Below, one piece after another: positions 60,976 through 64,000 of a stretch of DNA of 64,000 nt. Numbering within the stretch: position 1 is the stretch's first letter; each line of letters starts with the position of its first letter. The DNA is from an uncultured Actinomycetes bacterium. GTDB taxonomy: Bacteria > Actinomycetota > Thermoleophilia > RBG-16-64-13. Location of the stretch: NCBI GenBank assembly GCA_963841735.1, contig CAWJDT010000001.1:960001-1024000 (forward strand), written 5' to 3'. A model generated the notes under the pieces. It worked only from the letters and a program-made list of their open reading frames with translations, made no database searches and was not told where the DNA came from. The translations under genes and the position numbers were made by a program.

Positions 60976-62646
60976 ATGACGAGGACGACCGGCAAGCGGG
61001 CCTTGATCGAACTGTTGCGCCACGAAGGCGTCGAGTATGTGTTCGGCATACCGGGGGCGACCGAGATTCACTTCATGGACGCCCTTGAGGAGGCTGACGA
61101 CATCAGCTACATCCTCGGGCTCCACGAAGTGGTGTGTGCCGGCATGGCCGAGGGCTACGCACGAGTCACGGGTAAGCCCGGTCTTCTCAACCTGCACACG
61201 GCCCCCGGATTGGCCGCTGCCACGCCCATGCTCTACAACGCCAAGCTGGGCGGAGTCCCACTGGTGGTGACCGTGGGCCAGAACGACACCAGGCTGCTCC
61301 AGTACGACCCGCAGTTGAGCGGCGACATCCTGGGCATGGCGAGGCCTCACGTCAAATGGTGCGCCGAGCCGGCGCATGCGGAGGATCTACCGGTGCTCGT
61401 CCGGCGGGCGTTCAAGATGGCTCTGCAACCTCCCATGGGCCCGGTGTTGGTCTCGCTCCCCCAGGACGTCTTGCAGCAGTCGTTCGTGTCGGAGCCCGCG
61501 GCCGCCCCTCGTGTCTACTCCCGGCTGCGAGCCGACTCGGCCGGCTTGGCCCGGGCCGTCGGTATCCTTGCCGGCGCTGAGCGGCCCGTCCTCTTAGTGG
61601 AGAGCGGGGTGGCCCGCTGCGATGCTCTGGCCGAGGTGGTGAGGCTCGCTGAACTCACCGGCGCCCGCGTTTACCAAGCCTGGATGGCCGACGTGAACTT
61701 CCCCGTGGACCATCCCCAATATCTTGGCGATCTCGACCCCACGGAACCCGGCGCGGCGGAAGTGCTCAAGGACGTCGACGTGCTGATGGGCGTGGGCTGT
61801 CCCCTATTCGCTCAGGCTTTCTACAACCCCGACAAGCTTTCCCTGGCCGGTACCACCGTCGTCCAGATAGACGAAGACCCTTGGGAAATAGGCAAGAACC
61901 TGGCGGTGGATTGTGGGCTCCAAGGCGACATCAAAGCGGTCCTAGCCGAGTTGTGCGCGGCTCTGGAGGCTGAGTTGGCCGCCGAGCCGGAAGAGGCGCG
62001 CGATAGGGTGCACCGCAGGCTGGGACATATCGCCCGGCAGAAAGCGGACGCCGACGCGAAGCTACGGGCCAAGTGGGTCGAGGAGCAGGACGCGGTCCCC
62101 ATAGCGGCCTCGCGCTTGATGACCGAGATCCGCGAAGCGGTCACGCCCGACACGGTGGTGATCGACGACTGCTGGTCGTCTTCGGGAACGCTCAGGCACA
62201 TCCTGGCTCCCTCTCGTCCGCGGAGCTACTTCCGCTCACGGCGGGGGGGCAGCATCGGCTGGGGTCTACCCGGCGCCCTGGGCGCGAAGCTGGGCTCGCC
62301 CGACAGTCGGGTGATCGCCGTGGTGGGCGACGGGAGCGCGGCTTGGTCGATGCAGAGTCTGTGGACGGCCGCCCGCTACCGTATCCCGGTGACCTGCGTT
62401 GTCATAAACAACGCTACGTATGGTCAGGTCAAGATAGTCCGGAAGATCGTGCTGGGAGACTATCCACTGCGCGAGAAGCACGAGGGCATGGAGCTGGACC
62501 GCCCGGTGATGGATTTCAGTCTGCTGGCGAAGTCACTCGGTGTGGAGGGCGAACGGGTGACCACGCCCGATCAGATAGGCCCGGCGCTCCGGCGTGCCGT
62601 TGATTCCGGCGAGCCCCGCTTGGTGGAGGTCATAGTGGGCTGGTGA
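60976..62646 (+). CDS. Thiamine-pyrophosphate enzyme (benzoylformate decarboxylase-like)
   Basis: FGIPGATE, LHE..GMAEGYA, NLHTAPGL, TPP-binding motif GDGS..NN. Confidence 0.88.
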   Translation: MTRTTGKRALIELLRHEGVEYVFGIPGATEIHFMDALEEADDISYILGLHEVVCAGMAEGYARVTGKPGLLNLHTAPGLAAATPMLYNAKLGGVPLVVTVGQNDTRLLQYDPQLSGDILGMARPHVKWCAEPAHAEDLPVLVRRAFKMALQPPMGPVLVSLPQDVLQQSFVSEPAAAPRVYSRLRADSAGLARAVGILAGAERPVLLVESGVARCDALAEVVRLAELTGARVYQAWMADVNFPVDHPQYLGDLDPTEPGAAEVLKDVDVLMGVGCPLFAQAFYNPDKLSLAGTTVVQIDEDPWEIGKNLAVDCGLQGDIKAVLAELCAALEAELAAEPEEARDRVHRRLGHIARQKADADAKLRAKWVEEQDAVPIAASRLMTEIREAVTPDTVVIDDCWSSSGTLRHILAPSRPRSYFRSRRGGSIGWGLPGALGAKLGSPDSRVIAVVGDGSAAWSMQSLWTAARYRIPVTCVVINNATYGQVKIVRKIVLGDYPLREKHEGMELDRPVMDFSLLAKSLGVEGERVTTPDQIGPALRRAVDSGEPRLVEVIVGW

Positions 62647-62698
62647 GGCCCCGTCGGTGTCTTCCGTCGGTGCTCCCATTCGCCCGCCCGGGGTCTCG

Positions 62699-63082
62699 TC
62701 ATAGGTTGACGACTTTGGCCGCTCGGAGCATCGTCTCCGAGATGGCATGCATGTTCGACACCTCTCCCACAGCGACCTGGTCCTTGAGTTCGAAGTGGCC
62801 CAGACAGGTGCCGCAGAGGAGCATCCGCACGCCCTGAGCCGCGAGCGCCTGTAGATCGTCCACAGCCGGTGATCCTTCTACGGTCAGTCTTACCCCGCTG
62901 TTCAGAAAGAGGATCACGTCCGGGCGTGGGGTGACCTCGCGCAGGACGTGCAGATGGCTTCTTAGGAGCAATCGGCCCAGGTCGTCGTCGCCCCGGCCCA
63001 TCGTGTCGCTCGAAATGGCGAGGACCAACGCTTCAGCTTCTTCGGCCCGCGGCACTTCAATGCTCGGTCGTGCCATTTCCAT
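62699..63082 (-). CDS. YedF-like sulfurtransferase/selenium-metabolism protein (DsrE-like domain only)
   Basis: MGRGDDDLG.LL, FLNSGVRL, CGTCL..F, VGEVSNM. Confidence 0.82.
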   Translation of the reverse strand: MEMARPSIEVPRAEEAEALVLAISSDTMGRGDDDLGRLLLRSHLHVLREVTPRPDVILFLNSGVRLTVEGSPAVDDLQALAAQGVRMLLCGTCLGHFELKDQVAVGEVSNMHAISETMLRAAKVVNL

Positions 63083-63116
63083 ATGTGGACTCCTCTCGTG
63101 CCGGTTGCGGTGCTGG

Positions 63117-63407
63117 TTACATGTCTACGTTGTGGATGGTGGACGGCTGCACTCCGGCCGCCTCGAGCGCGGCGAGGGCGCGTTCTCGATCGGCGGAGCC
63201 CACTCGCAGGCAGACTCCGCACTCTTGGCTCACCGATCGGGGAATGGGAATGAGGGCGGACTCGAGGCCCGCCTGTTTGAGCGCGGCCTCACCTTTGAGG
63301 GCTTTCGAAGCGTTGACAACCATGATGAGGCTGTGTGTGGGCGGGGCGGCGGGCGGCGTGCCGCCCGCCGCCCCGCCCCGTCCGCCGTCTCCCGCGGGTC
63401 CGTTCAT
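63117..63407 (-). CDS. DUF3343 domain protein
   Basis: ALKGE..LK..LIPIPRSVSQECGVCLR. Confidence 0.78.
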   Translation of the reverse strand: MNGPAGDGGRGGAAGGTPPAAPPTHSLIMVVNASKALKGEAALKQAGLESALIPIPRSVSQECGVCLRVGSADRERALAALEAAGVQPSTIHNVDM

Positions 63408-64000
63408 CCGATCATCTCCAAGAAGGCCTCTACCCGGGTGGTGAGCTGGCCCACGTCACCCGTGGAGTAGTCGGTGTCGATGCGCAATGTCGGGATGCCG
63501 GCAGCCTGGATGGCCTTGGTCATCGAGGTGGCCTCGATCTGGTAGGGGGCGCAGAACTGGAGGCTGTACTGCACTATGCCGTCCACCTTGTACTCGCGGG
63601 CCATGCGGATCACATCTTCGGCACGGGCAGTGTTGGGTGTGAAGCAGGCGCAGTTGATGTCCAGGTACCTCTCGGCGAGGGCTTCCATCATGCCTTCTAG
63701 GTCGGTGGGGGTCTCGTCCACCAGCTTTGCGTAGTAGCGCGAGCCTGTGCACATCTCTTCAGCTACCACGACGGCCCCTGCCTTTTCGATGACGTCGTAG
63801 GTCTTCCAGTTGGGTATGGACATGGGGGCGCCGGTCACCAAGATGCGCGGCGCGCCTGGCGCGGCCACTCCCTGGCCCGCCGCTACCCTGGCTTCGAGCT
63901 CCTCGGCGGTCTTGTTGACCATGGCCGTGAAGCGAGGCACGTCGTCATAGAATGCCACCTGCACCGCCAGGAGCGCATCCTTTCCGGAGATGGGCGACGG
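63404..64000 (-). CDS. 2-hydroxyacyl-CoA dehydratase-family / double-cubane cluster reductase-like protein (5' part outside the window)
   Basis: PRILVTG.P, EEMCTG, INCACFTPN, DG..Y.LQFCAPY, IDTDYS..D.GQL.TRVEAF.E. Confidence 0.85.
   Translation of the reverse strand, partial: PSPISGKDALLAVQVAFYDDVPRFTAMVNKTAEELEARVAAGQGVAAPGAPRILVTGAPMSIPNWKTYDVIEKAGAVVVAEEMCTGSRYYAKLVDETPTDLEGMMEALAERYLDINCACFTPNTARAEDVIRMAREYKVDGIVQYSLQFCAPYQIEATSMTKAIQAAGIPTLRIDTDYSTGDVGQLTTRVEAFLEMIG

Noticed and set aside
62699-64000. Selenocysteine recoding in the YedF/DUF3343/reductase cluster
   Set aside because: The conserved positions are ordinary Cys codons, and I saw no in-frame TGA interrupting a homologous region.

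Overview
64-kb chromosomal window from a high-GC bacterium. Gene content and promoter style suggest an anaerobic or microaerophilic Actinomycetota, possibly Thermoleophilia-like (inference only). The left end holds a housekeeping block on the minus strand: tRNA-Ser(GGA), two ~180-bp tRNA-linked tandem repeats, large SRP RNA, a Kef-type antiporter, dnaX, ybaB, recR and aspartate kinase. Between 8 and 22 kb (AEC transporter, ABC exporter, HAD/AIR-synthase fusion, MarR-MFS, aminopeptidase, gnd-pgl-zwf, P-type ATPase) many genes carry single-base frameshifts, most likely sequencing errors. The middle has two ECF sigma/anti-sigma pairs, a DEAD-box helicase, twin lipoproteins, typA, aminotransferases, MFS transporters, trxB, a D,D-carboxypeptidase, a cyclophilin, a GAF-GGDEF-HD-GYP protein and rubrerythrin. 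The most notable locus is 47.9-56.3 kb: CotH-kinase lipoprotein, GT-C glycosyltransferase, Cthe_2159-type beta-helix protein, VTC (polyphosphate polymerase-like) domain protein, DUF4956 membrane protein and a second Cthe_2159 lipoprotein, with a NAGPA-type phosphodiester glycosidase nearby. It is a candidate system for polyphosphate export and cell-surface phosphorylation. The right end has a TPP-dependent decarboxylase and a YedF / DUF3343 / double-cubane reductase-like cluster. No CRISPR array, integrase or transposase was seen. All family assignments come from motif recognition, not database searches.
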